Shown: positions 31,457 to 40,886, counted from the stretch's first letter. The stretch is DNA of 46,195 nt from Alphaproteobacteria bacterium (GCA_038139365.1 JAYOST010000002.1:1-46195); one strand, 5' to 3'. A program made the numbers and translations. Notes: generated by a model from the letters alone, not told the origin.

Positions 31457-32881
31457 GTGGATTTTGCACATTATATCGGCGGCAACTGGGTTGCGGATTC
31501 GGATGTCACAACCAACCGCAATCCGGCGAATCAGGATGATGTGATCGGCACCTACGCGCGTGGTGGCGCGTCGCGGGTCGACGAGGCTGTGGCGGCGGCC
31601 ATGACGGCGCAGGATGACTGGGCCCATGCCAGCCCGCAGATTCGCCATGATGTTCTGGAGCGCGCCGGCGCGTTGATTGTCGAACGCAAGGACGAGCTTG
31701 GCAGGCTGCTGGCGCGGGAGGAGGGAAAGACCCTTGCCGAGGCAGTGGGCGAGACCATCCGCGCATCGCAGGTGTTCAAATTCTTCGCTGGCGAGGCGCT
31801 TCGCAACACCGGCGATGCCATCGCCTCGGTCCGTCCCGGTGTTGAGGTGATGATCGAGCGCGAGCCGGTCGGTGTGATCGGGCTGATCACGCCATGGAAT
31901 TTTCCGATCGCGATCCCCGCCTGGAAGCTTGCGCCGGCACTGGCCTTTGGCAACACGGTGGTGATGAAGCCGGCCGAGTTGACCCCGGGATGCGCCTGGG
32001 AACTTGCCAAGATTCTTGATGAGGCAGGCTGTCCTGCCGGCGTCTTCAATCTGGTGATGGGGCCGGGCTCACAGGTCGGCGCCCGCATTGTCGACCATCC
32101 TGACATCGCCGCTGTCAGCTTCACCGGGTCGGTGGCGACAGGCCGCCAGGTTGCGGTTGACTGTGCCGCCAGGGGCAAGAAGGTACAGCTCGAGATGGGT
32201 GGCAAGAACCCGATGGTCGTTGTCGATGACGCCGATCTCGATGTCGCTGTCGGCGCAGCGCTGAATGGCGCTTTCTTCTCGACCGGCCAGCGCTGCACCG
32301 CCTCATCGCGCCTGATCGTGACCGAAGGGATTCATGACGCTTTTCTCGACAGGCTGACCACCGCTGCCGCCGACCTTGTCGTTGGCGACCCGCTGGACGC
32401 GGCGACACAGATCGGCCCGGTTGTCGACCAGAGCCAACTTGACCAGAATCTGGGCTATCTGTCACTTGCCGCCGAGGAAGGGTGCGATGTGCGCGGCGGC
32501 GGTCTTGGCAATGGCAACGGCTTCTTCATGCATCCGGCTGTGCTGGCCGGCGCGACCAATGCCATGCGGGTCTCACGCGAGGAAATTTTTGGGCCGATCG
32601 CTTCGGTGATCAAGGTGGCGGATTATGACGAGGCGCTGGCCGTCGCCAATGACACCGAGTTTGGCCTGTCATCGGGAATCTGCACCAGCTCGCTGAAACT
32701 TGCCTCGCATTTCCGCAAACATGCCAAGGCCGGCATGGTGATGGTGAACCTTCCCACCGCCGGGGTTGATTATCATGTGCCCTTTGGCGGCCGCAAGGGA
32801 TCAAGCTATGGCCCGCGCGAGCAGGGAAGCTATGCCCGCGAATTCTACACCACTGTCAAGACAAGCTATATCGCCCCCTGA
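31457..32881 (+). CDS. NAD(P)-dependent aldehyde dehydrogenase, 2-oxoglutarate semialdehyde dehydrogenase-like
   Basis: ITPWNFP, FTGS, QLEMGGKNP (Glu), GQRCTA (Cys), EEIFGP and PFGG motifs; AGGAG RBS before a GTG start. Confidence 0.9.
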   Translation: MDFAHYIGGNWVADSDVTTNRNPANQDDVIGTYARGGASRVDEAVAAAMTAQDDWAHASPQIRHDVLERAGALIVERKDELGRLLAREEGKTLAEAVGETIRASQVFKFFAGEALRNTGDAIASVRPGVEVMIEREPVGVIGLITPWNFPIAIPAWKLAPALAFGNTVVMKPAELTPGCAWELAKILDEAGCPAGVFNLVMGPGSQVGARIVDHPDIAAVSFTGSVATGRQVAVDCAARGKKVQLEMGGKNPMVVVDDADLDVAVGAALNGAFFSTGQRCTASSRLIVTEGIHDAFLDRLTTAAADLVVGDPLDAATQIGPVVDQSQLDQNLGYLSLAAEEGCDVRGGGLGNGNGFFMHPAVLAGATNAMRVSREEIFGPIASVIKVADYDEALAVANDTEFGLSSGICTSSLKLASHFRKHAKAGMVMVNLPTAGVDYHVPFGGRKGSSYGPREQGSYAREFYTTVKTSYIAP

Positions 32882-32926
32882 CACAGAGATGGCATGACTG
32901 ATGGCGAAAGGAGCCAGACCAGACCC

Positions 32927-33844
32927 ATGACGACCCGTCCCTATTCCGGCATCTGGCCGGTTGCGCCCACCCCGTTCACCGAGACCGGTGCCGTTGATGA
33001 TGATGGCATGCGACGGGTGCTCGACTGCATGATCGACCAGGGATGCGACGGCATCTGCATTCTGGCGAATTTTTCCGAACAGTTCCTGATTTCCGATGCC
33101 GAGCGGGCGCATCTGACGCGCCTGTGCCTGGAATATGTGGATGGCCGCGTGCCGGTGATCGTCACCATCAGCCATTTCGCCACTGACATCGCTGTCGCAC
33201 GGGCGAAAGAGGCGAAAGAGCTTGGCGCCGCCATCGTGATGATGATGGCGCCCTATCACGGCGCCCTTCTGAAAGGCAATGCCGCGCAGACATTCGAGCA
33301 GTTCGCCCGCGTCGGCGAGGTTGGCATTCCGATCATGATCCAGGACGCGCCTCTCTCAGGTGTCGATCTTCCGGTGCCGCTTCTGGCGCGCATGGCAAGC
33401 GAGATCGAGATGGTCAAGCTGTTCAAGCTCGAATCCGCCGGCACCGCCACCAAGATGCGGGCACTTCTGGCGGCGGCAGGTGACGCGGTGGAAGGCCCGT
33501 TCGATGGCGAGGAAGGCATCACCCTTCTCGCCGATCTTGACGCTGGTGCCAGCGGGTCGATGACATCAGCCCTGATCCCCGATCTGATCCGGCCAGTGAT
33601 AACCGCACATGCCGCGGGCGACCGAGACACGGCGGTGGCCGGCTATACCGCCGTGCTGCCGGTGATCAATCATGAAAACAGGCAGTGCGGATTCCGCGCG
33701 GCAAAGGCGGCGATGGTGGCAGGCGGGGTGATCAAATCCGATTTCTGCCGGCATCCGATCGATCCGCTCCCCGCCCCGACGCGTGACGAGCTTATCGGGT
33801 TGATGCGCCCGCTTGATCCGCTGGTGCTGCGCTGGGGGCAATGA
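32927..33844 (+). CDS. DHDPS-family protein, L-2-keto-3-deoxyarabonate dehydratase (AraD of the non-phosphorylative pathway)-like
   Basis: CILANFSEQF, PYHGA, IQDAP, FKLE (Schiff-base Lys), DGEE, INHENRQ and DPLVLRW match my recollection of Azospirillum L-KDA dehydratase. Start could be 32894. Confidence 0.82.
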   Translation: MTTRPYSGIWPVAPTPFTETGAVDDDGMRRVLDCMIDQGCDGICILANFSEQFLISDAERAHLTRLCLEYVDGRVPVIVTISHFATDIAVARAKEAKELGAAIVMMMAPYHGALLKGNAAQTFEQFARVGEVGIPIMIQDAPLSGVDLPVPLLARMASEIEMVKLFKLESAGTATKMRALLAAAGDAVEGPFDGEEGITLLADLDAGASGSMTSALIPDLIRPVITAHAAGDRDTAVAGYTAVLPVINHENRQCGFRAAKAAMVAGGVIKSDFCRHPIDPLPAPTRDELIGLMRPLDPLVLRWGQ

Positions 33845-34572
33845 CCATGGCGAAGACGCGCAGTCTGACATCACTTGTCGCCGACGGCGAAATCAAACCA
33901 AGCCAGCGGCGTTCGCTGAGCACTGATACAGCCGAGAAGGTCCGTGAACTGATCCTCCTAGAAAAGCTGCCACCCGGCATGCACATCCCCGAGCGTGACC
34001 TTGCCGAGGCACTCGGCATCAGCCGTACCCCGATGCGTGAGGCACTTCGCATTCTTGAAGCAGAGGGTCTTGTAGACCACACATCGACACGCCGGTCACG
34101 CGTCGCCAACCCGTCGGTCGAGGAGCTGTCGCAGAGCATGAAGGTTCTCGCCACACTGGAGGCACTTGGCGGCGAACTGGCGTGCAGCCATGCCAGCGAC
34201 AAGCAGCTTGAAGCGATCGAGAAGCTGAACAGACGCATGGTCGAGAAGAGCGACGAGCTCAGCTCGATTGATTTCTTCAAGACTGACATGGGTTTCCATG
34301 CCGCCATCGTCGCTGCCAGCGGCAATGCGGCGCTGATCGATACCCATTCGAAATATAACGCAAGGCTGTGGCGCGCCCGCTTCCTGTCGTCACGCCGCAA
34401 GCTTGGCCGCGCGACAACCCTGCAGCAGCATCAGGACATCACCGACGCCCTGCTGGCACGGAACGTCGAGGCCGCCGCCACCGCCATGCGCGCGCACATC
34501 GAGACCGCGATCACAAATCTGGCGGCCGGCCATAACGAAGAGGGCCGTGACGAAGAGGAGAGTACGGAATGA
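33841..34572 (+). CDS. GntR-family (FCD domain) transcriptional regulator
   Basis: LPPG..IPERDLAEALGISRTPMREAL..LEAEGLV winged HTH; FCD-type D.GFH, QH and M.AH residues. Confidence 0.93.
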   Translation: MTMAKTRSLTSLVADGEIKPSQRRSLSTDTAEKVRELILLEKLPPGMHIPERDLAEALGISRTPMREALRILEAEGLVDHTSTRRSRVANPSVEELSQSMKVLATLEALGGELACSHASDKQLEAIEKLNRRMVEKSDELSSIDFFKTDMGFHAAIVAASGNAALIDTHSKYNARLWRARFLSSRRKLGRATTLQQHQDITDALLARNVEAAATAMRAHIETAITNLAAGHNEEGRDEEESTE

Positions 34573-35573
34573 AACCGCGTATCGGCATTATCCCTGGCGA
34601 CCCCGGGGGAATCGGCCCTGAACTGATCGCCAAGCTGCTGTCCGACGAGGAGGTACGCGCCAAGGCCGATATTCTTCTGATCGGCGACAGGCACCTGTTC
34701 GAAATGGGGCAGGCGCAGGCCGGTATCGAGGTCGAGATGACCGATTGCGATGCGCTGAGCGGCGACTGGACCAGCATTGACGGGCTTCCGCTCCATGTGC
34801 GTGATACCATCGCGCCGGAAGACGTGCAGCTTGCCGAAGTGACCATCGCCAATGGCCACTCGGCGCTTGGCAACCTCAACTGTGCACTGGAAATGGCGCG
34901 TGACGGCATCATCGATGCCATCACCTTCGGCCCGTTCAACAAGGCCGCGCTGATCCAGGCCGGGCTTGGCCATGAGGATGAGCTTCACTACATGGCGGAA
35001 TTCCTTGGCGTCGAGGGCTACATCTCCGAGCTCAACACGCTGAACGGCATCTGGACAAGCCGCGTCTCAAGCCACATCGCGCTGAAGGATGTCGCCGGCT
35101 ATATCACCGAACACCGCATTACCGAGGCGGTGCATTTGATTGACCGGACGCTGCGCCGCTCCGGGCTTGCCCGCCCACGGCTGTCGGTGGCGGCGCTGAA
35201 TCCGCATGCCGGTGACAACGGCAATTTCGGCATGGAAGAGATCGAGGTGATCACCCCGACGGTCGAGATGCTTCAGGGCAGGCAGGTTAATGTCGACGGT
35301 CCATGGCCTTCCGACACCGTCTTCCTCAAGGCGAAGGCTGGCGATGTCGACGGCATTATCACCATGTATCATGACCAGGGGCAGATCGCGCTGAAGCTGA
35401 TGGGGTTCGACCGCGGTGTGACCGTACAGGGCGGCATTCCCTTTCCGGTAACAACCCCGGCGCACGGCACCGCCTTTGACATTGCCGGCAGCGGTACAGC
35501 AGATGTCGGCGCCACCCGCGCCGCCTTTGACATCGCCTGCGACATGGTCAGCCACTGGAACGCCGCCGCCTAG
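34569..35573 (+). CDS. PdxA-fold decarboxylating dehydrogenase, divergent
   Basis: GDPGGIGPE, LNPHAG, GPWPSDTVF, MYHDQG and HGTAFDIAG motifs. Confidence 0.88.
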   Translation: MKPRIGIIPGDPGGIGPELIAKLLSDEEVRAKADILLIGDRHLFEMGQAQAGIEVEMTDCDALSGDWTSIDGLPLHVRDTIAPEDVQLAEVTIANGHSALGNLNCALEMARDGIIDAITFGPFNKAALIQAGLGHEDELHYMAEFLGVEGYISELNTLNGIWTSRVSSHIALKDVAGYITEHRITEAVHLIDRTLRRSGLARPRLSVAALNPHAGDNGNFGMEEIEVITPTVEMLQGRQVNVDGPWPSDTVFLKAKAGDVDGIITMYHDQGQIALKLMGFDRGVTVQGGIPFPVTTPAHGTAFDIAGSGTADVGATRAAFDIACDMVSHWNAAA

Positions 35574-35597
35574 TTTTGTTCAGAAGAGGCTCCAGCC

Positions 35598-36722
35598 ATG
35601 AAAATCACCGCAATCCGTGCCCATGCCGTGAACCTGCCGGTCACGCTGGATATCACCACGCCGGTAAAGACCCCGTCGCATCAGGCCTGTGTCGTCGAGA
35701 TCGAAACCGATGCCGGCATCACCGGACATGGCATCACCTCGATCGGACCGGCGGTGCCGATCAAGGCAGCCATCGACGCGGTGGCCACGCCGCAGATCAT
35801 CGGCATGGATCCGATGAACAATGACCGCATCTGGGACAAGCTATACTGGGCACTGGTGCCGCGCGGCCAGACCGGCATCGGCATGCACGCCATCGCTGCC
35901 ATCGATGTCGCCATCTGGGACATCAGGGGAAAGGCGCTTGGCCAGCCCATCTGGCGTCTTCTTGGCGGCGCGCGCCAGCGCTGCCCGGTCTACACCACCT
36001 TCGGGTTTGGATATTACGAGACGGACGAGCTGCCCCGCGCCGCAGAGGCCTGGCGCAAGCGCGGATTCTCGCGGCTGAAGATGACGGTTGGCAATTCCGC
36101 GCTGCAACGCCGCGACGAGCCACGCCTGCTGAGTGACGTGATCATTGAGGATGTGGCCCGCGTCGCCGGCGTCCGCGCCGCTGCCGGCGATGATGCCGAG
36201 CTGTTCATCGATGCGAATTGTAGCCTCGATTACTTTCATGCCGTTGAGTTGGCCGCCGCGCTGGCACCCTATCACATCAGCTTCTTCGAGGAGCCGATCA
36301 CACAGAATGATGTTCGCCAGATGGCCGAACTTCGCCACCAGACCGGCATGCGCGTCGCCTGCGGCCAGAATGAAGGACAACCCTATCGATTCCGTGACAT
36401 GCTGATCGCCGGCGCGGTCGACATCATCCAGCCGAATGTGGTCATCAGCGGTGGGTTCACCCAGTGCCAGAAAATCGCGGCGCTGGCGTCAGGGTTCAAT
36501 GTCGGCATCGATAATGGTGGGGCCTGGCCCTTTTTCAACGCGCATCTCCAGGCCGGCGTCGGCAATGGCGGGCTCGTTGAATGGCATTATGCCTCAGTCG
36601 AGGCATGCCGTCTGATCTATGACGATCTGCCCGAGGCGAAGGATGGCTGGTTCGAAATGAGCGAGGCGCCCGGTCTCGGCTTTGCGCTGAACACCGGACG
36701 CCTCGAAAAGTTCGTCATCTAG
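35598..36722 (+). CDS. Mandelate racemase / enolase superfamily protein, divergent active site
   Basis: AIDVAIWDIRGKALGQPIWRLLGG, IDAN, FEEP and PGLG motifs. Confidence 0.9.
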   Translation: MKITAIRAHAVNLPVTLDITTPVKTPSHQACVVEIETDAGITGHGITSIGPAVPIKAAIDAVATPQIIGMDPMNNDRIWDKLYWALVPRGQTGIGMHAIAAIDVAIWDIRGKALGQPIWRLLGGARQRCPVYTTFGFGYYETDELPRAAEAWRKRGFSRLKMTVGNSALQRRDEPRLLSDVIIEDVARVAGVRAAAGDDAELFIDANCSLDYFHAVELAAALAPYHISFFEEPITQNDVRQMAELRHQTGMRVACGQNEGQPYRFRDMLIAGAVDIIQPNVVISGGFTQCQKIAALASGFNVGIDNGGAWPFFNAHLQAGVGNGGLVEWHYASVEACRLIYDDLPEAKDGWFEMSEAPGLGFALNTGRLEKFVI

Positions 36723-36736
36723 ACGGCTGCGACGCT

Positions 36737-38227
36737 CTAGCCGGCTTTCTTGTTGCTGCCGGTAATCATCTTCACGATCTGCGATCCGAACAGGCCGAGG
36801 AAGGCCAGCACCAGGAACAGCAGCGCCAGCGGCTGGGTAAGGATCATCCACCAGGCACCGTCGAACATCTTCAGCGAGTTCTGCAGGTTGACCTCGACCA
36901 TGTGACCCAGGATCAAACCGACGGCGATTGGCGCGACCGAGAAGCCGTGACGCCGCGCAAAGAAGCCGACAACGCCGAAGATCAACGCGATCCAGACATC
37001 AAGAAGCGAAGCGCTCAGCGCATAGGCACCGATCACCGACAGCGCGAAGACAATCGGCCAGAGGATTGCGGTGGGCACCAGCGAAATACGGGCGAACAGC
37101 TTGGCGGCATACAGCCCCATCGCCAGGAAGATCACATTGGCAACAAGCATCGCCCCGAAAATCTGGTAGACCGTTCCGATCTGTTCGGTGAACAGATAGG
37201 GCCCCGGGCGAAGCCCGTGCACCATCAGGCCGACAAGGATGATGGCGGTGGTACCGCTTCCCGGAATGCCAAGAACCATGGTTGGCACCATCGCCCCGCC
37301 AGTGGCAGCGTTGTTGGCAGCCTCGGCACCGGCGATACCCTCAATCGATCCCTTGCCGAATTCCTCGCGGTTCTTTGACCACCTGCGCGCTTCTGAGTAG
37401 CCGATCATCGAGGCTACCGTCGCGCCCTCGGCTGGCAAAATGCCGATGAAGGTGCCGATTCCCGAGGATCTTGCGATGGTCTTCCAGATCTTCCTGTAAT
37501 CCTCTCGCGTCGGCAGCTTCACCGCCTTCAGCGTCACGATGTCGGCAACCCGGTGCGCGTTCTTTGACTGCACCAGAAGCTCGGAGATGGCGAACAGGCC
37601 GATCATCACCGGCACGAAGGACAGGCCCTCGTAAAGCTCGTAATTGCCAAACATGAACCGCTCGATCGAGGTCACACGCTCAGCCCCGATGGTCGCCAGC
37701 CAGACGCCAAAGATCCCGCCGATCAGGTTCTTCACCGCGCCGCCAGCGCCAATGCTTGCCAGCATCGACAGGCCGAAGACCGTCAGCGCGAAATATTCCG
37801 GCGGCCGGAATTCATAGGCCACCCGTGCCAGCATCGGCGCCGCCAGACAGAGCACAATGATCGAAAAAATACCGCCGATTGTGCTGGCCACAACAGCAAT
37901 GCCAAGGGCGCGGCCAGCCTCACCGCGCTGCGCCAGCGGAAAGCCGTCAAAGGTCGTCGCCGCCGCGGCTGATGTGCCGGGTGTGTTGATCAGAATTGCC
38001 GTAATCGAGCCGGCGAAGGTCGCCGAGACATAAAGCGTCGCCAGAACGGCGATGGCGTTCACCGGCGACATGGTCAGCGTAAAGGGCAACAGCAGCGCCG
38101 CGCCGGTTGTCGCGCCAAGACCCGGCAGCACCCCGATGACAATGCCGAGCACGGTGGTTACGGCGATCAGCATCAGAAGGAACGGGTCCCCGATGACCGA
38201 GGCCATGGCTGTGATGGCTTCAAGCAT
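36737..38227 (-). CDS. tctA: Tripartite tricarboxylate transporter large permease TctA
   Basis: GVLPGLG, AILINTPGT, DGFPLAQRG, EAANNAATGG, LGIPGS and GLRPGP motifs. Confidence 0.93.
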   Translation of the reverse strand: MLEAITAMASVIGDPFLLMLIAVTTVLGIVIGVLPGLGATTGAALLLPFTLTMSPVNAIAVLATLYVSATFAGSITAILINTPGTSAAAATTFDGFPLAQRGEAGRALGIAVVASTIGGIFSIIVLCLAAPMLARVAYEFRPPEYFALTVFGLSMLASIGAGGAVKNLIGGIFGVWLATIGAERVTSIERFMFGNYELYEGLSFVPVMIGLFAISELLVQSKNAHRVADIVTLKAVKLPTREDYRKIWKTIARSSGIGTFIGILPAEGATVASMIGYSEARRWSKNREEFGKGSIEGIAGAEAANNAATGGAMVPTMVLGIPGSGTTAIILVGLMVHGLRPGPYLFTEQIGTVYQIFGAMLVANVIFLAMGLYAAKLFARISLVPTAILWPIVFALSVIGAYALSASLLDVWIALIFGVVGFFARRHGFSVAPIAVGLILGHMVEVNLQNSLKMFDGAWWMILTQPLALLFLVLAFLGLFGSQIVKMITGSNKKAG

Positions 38228-38239
38228 GGTCTGGCCCCC

Positions 38240-38695
38240 TTACCCGTAATACCAGTTGGTGATGATTCCGCGCGGGAACCTGATCTTCAGAACTTCGTCA
38301 AACAGGATGAACAGTGTCAGCGGCACGGTGACCGAGACCAGCGCCGCGATATGGTAGCGCTTCTCGCCCCAGCTTACGCACAGCACGAACATCACCGCCG
38401 CGATGGCGATGAAGAAATCGGTGAAGGTCGTCAACAGATAAAAGGCGGCGAACAAGGCGATGGAGATCCAGGTCGTGATCCCCTCCAGCTTCACCGGCTT
38501 TGGCGGGTTGCGCATGACATCCCAGGCCAGCAGGGCAACCAGAACCAGGTTGATCGCCATCAGGAAGATCGGAAAGGATCGCGGCTGCATGCTGTGACCG
38601 ACAATCATCGGCGGCGACAGCTTCAGCTGCAGTGCCAGATAGATTACCACCACCGAAAAGACAGAGATGATCCCTGGTACGATCAAAGGTCGCAT
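38240..38695 (-). CDS. tctB: Tripartite tricarboxylate transporter small permease TctB
   Basis: 4-5 TM segments, P..FP motif, C-terminal LF...L...P.G; lies between tctC and tctA. Confidence 0.85.
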   Translation of the reverse strand: MRPLIVPGIISVFSVVVIYLALQLKLSPPMIVGHSMQPRSFPIFLMAINLVLVALLAWDVMRNPPKPVKLEGITTWISIALFAAFYLLTTFTDFFIAIAAVMFVLCVSWGEKRYHIAALVSVTVPLTLFILFDEVLKIRFPRGIITNWYYG

Positions 38696-38716
38696 CAAAT
38701 TTTCCCCCGGAGATCA

Positions 38717-38750
38717 CCAGCGGGCGACGCCTATGAGCGCCGCCCGCCGG
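38717..38750 (-). other. Strong intergenic RNA hairpin between tctC and tctB
   Basis: Minus strand CCGGCGGGCGGCGC-TCATAG-GCGTCGCCCGCTGG forms 14 bp including two G-U pairs; the plus strand would have A-C mismatches. Confidence 0.65.
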
Positions 38751-38768
38751 ATTGTTCAGGTCAGAAAC

Positions 38769-39743
38769 CTACTCGAGAAGGCCCATTTCCCTCAGGGCCG
38801 GACCGAATTCATTGACCATCATCGCGATCTGCTTGCCCCACTTCTCGGAGGACATCGGCGAGGTGGAGTCAAGTCCCGAATTCATCAGATAGGCCTGATA
38901 CAGAGAATGCCCCATGGCCTTCATCATCGCGGTCTCCAACTCGGCGCGGCGCTCTTCGGACACACCGGCATGGGTCACAAAACCACGTGTGGTCGACAGC
39001 ACAAGGTCGATGCCCATCTCGGGCGCTGTCTTCGCGGCCGGAATTGGCTCCATGCGATTCTCACCCAGGATAACCAGCGGGCAGAGATCGCCGGCATCGA
39101 TCGGGGCCGAAGCCTCCGACAGGTTCAGAACGCCGACATCGACGGCACCGGCAACAACCTGGGTCGCCAGCTCACCGCCACCGCCGAACGGGATGTAGGT
39201 CGGCATCGGCTGGCCAAGGCGCTTGGCCCAGAGGAAGACCGTCAGATGGTCGATGGTGCCGGACTGCGTGCCGCCATATTTGATCGCATCGCCATTCTTT
39301 ACACCGGCGACGAATTCCTCAGGCGTCTTGTAGGGGGTGGTCTTGCAGTTGACCATCAGGATCTGCGGGTCGTTGGTGCCACGCGCGATCGGGGCCATGT
39401 CCTCGACCTTCAGATCGGTCTTGCCCTGCGCCATGGTGATGGCATGGCCAACCGTGAAGGTCAGAACGGTGTTGCCGTCTGCCGGGCGGCTCTTGAAATA
39501 CTGCATCGCAGCCGCACCGCCGCCGCCACGCTTGTTGACAACGACCATGTCCTGCTTCAGTTCGCGGCGGGTCCGGATCATCATCATCCGCGAGTTCACG
39601 TCGGTACCACCACCGGCACCGGCATGGGTCACGACTTCAATGGTGCCTTCGGCGGCCACGACCGGGGCCGTGGACATTGCCATCACGCCCGCCATCGACG
39701 CGATGCCGACACCGACTGATAGAATTTGTTTCGTGCTGAGCAT
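38769..39743 (-). CDS. tctC: Tripartite tricarboxylate transporter substrate-binding protein TctC (Bug)
   Basis: Signal peptide; AGGGTD, VNKRGGGG, ADGNT and PFGGGGE motifs. Confidence 0.92.
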   Translation of the reverse strand: MLSTKQILSVGVGIASMAGVMAMSTAPVVAAEGTIEVVTHAGAGGGTDVNSRMMMIRTRRELKQDMVVVNKRGGGGAAAMQYFKSRPADGNTVLTFTVGHAITMAQGKTDLKVEDMAPIARGTNDPQILMVNCKTTPYKTPEEFVAGVKNGDAIKYGGTQSGTIDHLTVFLWAKRLGQPMPTYIPFGGGGELATQVVAGAVDVGVLNLSEASAPIDAGDLCPLVILGENRMEPIPAAKTAPEMGIDLVLSTTRGFVTHAGVSEERRAELETAMMKAMGHSLYQAYLMNSGLDSTSPMSSEKWGKQIAMMVNEFGPALREMGLLE

Positions 39744-39839
39744 GTTTTCCTCCCAGAAGTTTGCTTCAGATCGCTCATTTCACTTGCCGTACTGAAGAAA
39801 CGCCAGCAACGGCATTCAGGTCGTTTCGACGGCTTCCCA

Positions 39840-39869
39840 GCCGGTTGTCACACCGCCGGTTGTCACGCC
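39840..39869. repeat. 2 x 15-bp direct repeat in the tctC leader
   Basis: GCCGGTTGTCACACC / GCCGGTTGTCACGCC. Confidence 0.7.
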
Positions 39870-39914
39870 GATCGCCCTTTTATCAGGGCGCGTATGTCAC
39901 GCCCATTTCGAATA

Positions 39915-39928
39915 CGGTATACCAAATT
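39915..39928 (-). promoter_or_regulatory. Putative GntR operator 3
   Basis: Minus strand AATTTGGTATACCG, upstream of tctC. Confidence 0.7.
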
Positions 39929-40004
39929 TTTGAGCATAACAATGTGGAATGTGGCTCATTCTGACGCATGGCTGACAGCGCTGTCGGAAAGGTCACATCA
40001 CGGG

Positions 40005-40847
40005 TCAGTCGACGCTGACACCCGCCTCGCGGGCGCGCTCCACCATGTAGTCGCGGCCAGCCAGCATATCCTCGATGGTGCCGAAGCCATTGGTGTAATG
40101 CCCGGCATAGCCGGTGGCCTCGATCTTCTTGAACATCGCACCGAAATCGATCGTGCCCTCACCGGGAAGCTGATGGATTTCGTAGGATCCGTTATTATCG
40201 GCAAGCCGCACCTCGTGGCACAGGCTGAAATCCATCGCGTCGACAAAGGCCTCGATCCCGACCCCGGGAAGGAAATGCGCATGGTTCGCTGTAAAGGACC
40301 AGCGCACCGCCGGATTGTCGATCTCGCGGAAGAAATGCATGCATTCTGCCGGCGTCACCGGCATGTAGTTCACCTCGGCAAGCACAGGCTCCCAGTTCAG
40401 ATTCTCGAGCAGAAGCAAGACCCCGCGCGCAGCGGCGTAATCACCAATCCGTTTCAGCCTGTCAATGGCCGCCTGCATTCTGATCTTCTTGCAGGCTGTG
40501 AAGTGATAGCCACCATGGACAACGATCCATTTCGCCCCGAGCTTTGGCGCCAGATCGATATAGGCCTTCATGTAGGCATCAACCGCATCGCGGCAGAAAG
40601 GCGAGATTTCAGCTACATTCACGCCCGACAAGGTGTGCAGCCCGAAATTGATCCCGCTTGTCTCGAGAAGCTCGCGCACCCCGGCACATCGCGCCTCGTC
40701 GAAAGTCTCGAGCGCATTCGGCGCGATGTCGGTCTGCGCATCGATGAATTCGACACCATTCTCAGCCGCCCAGCGAATGCCATCCTCGAGCGGCAGCCGC
40801 CGCCCAAGATCAATCCCGATACGCTGCTTCAATGTCTTGCCGGCCAT
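40005..40847 (-). CDS. Xylose isomerase-like TIM barrel (sugar phosphate isomerase/epimerase family)
   Basis: LGAKWIVVHGG, LLLEN and H.LPGEGTIDF motifs; GGGAGG RBS. Confidence 0.85.
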   Translation of the reverse strand: MAGKTLKQRIGIDLGRRLPLEDGIRWAAENGVEFIDAQTDIAPNALETFDEARCAGVRELLETSGINFGLHTLSGVNVAEISPFCRDAVDAYMKAYIDLAPKLGAKWIVVHGGYHFTACKKIRMQAAIDRLKRIGDYAAARGVLLLLENLNWEPVLAEVNYMPVTPAECMHFFREIDNPAVRWSFTANHAHFLPGVGIEAFVDAMDFSLCHEVRLADNNGSYEIHQLPGEGTIDFGAMFKKIEATGYAGHYTNGFGTIEDMLAGRDYMVERAREAGVSVD

Positions 40848-40886
40848 GATGTCCCTCCCCGCAGGTGTCTTCCACCCGGCAACTGA

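Noticed and set aside
34569-35573. Vitamin B6 biosynthetic pdxA
   Set aside because: The context is catabolic (no surA/ksgA neighbours) and the substrate-binding motifs are altered.
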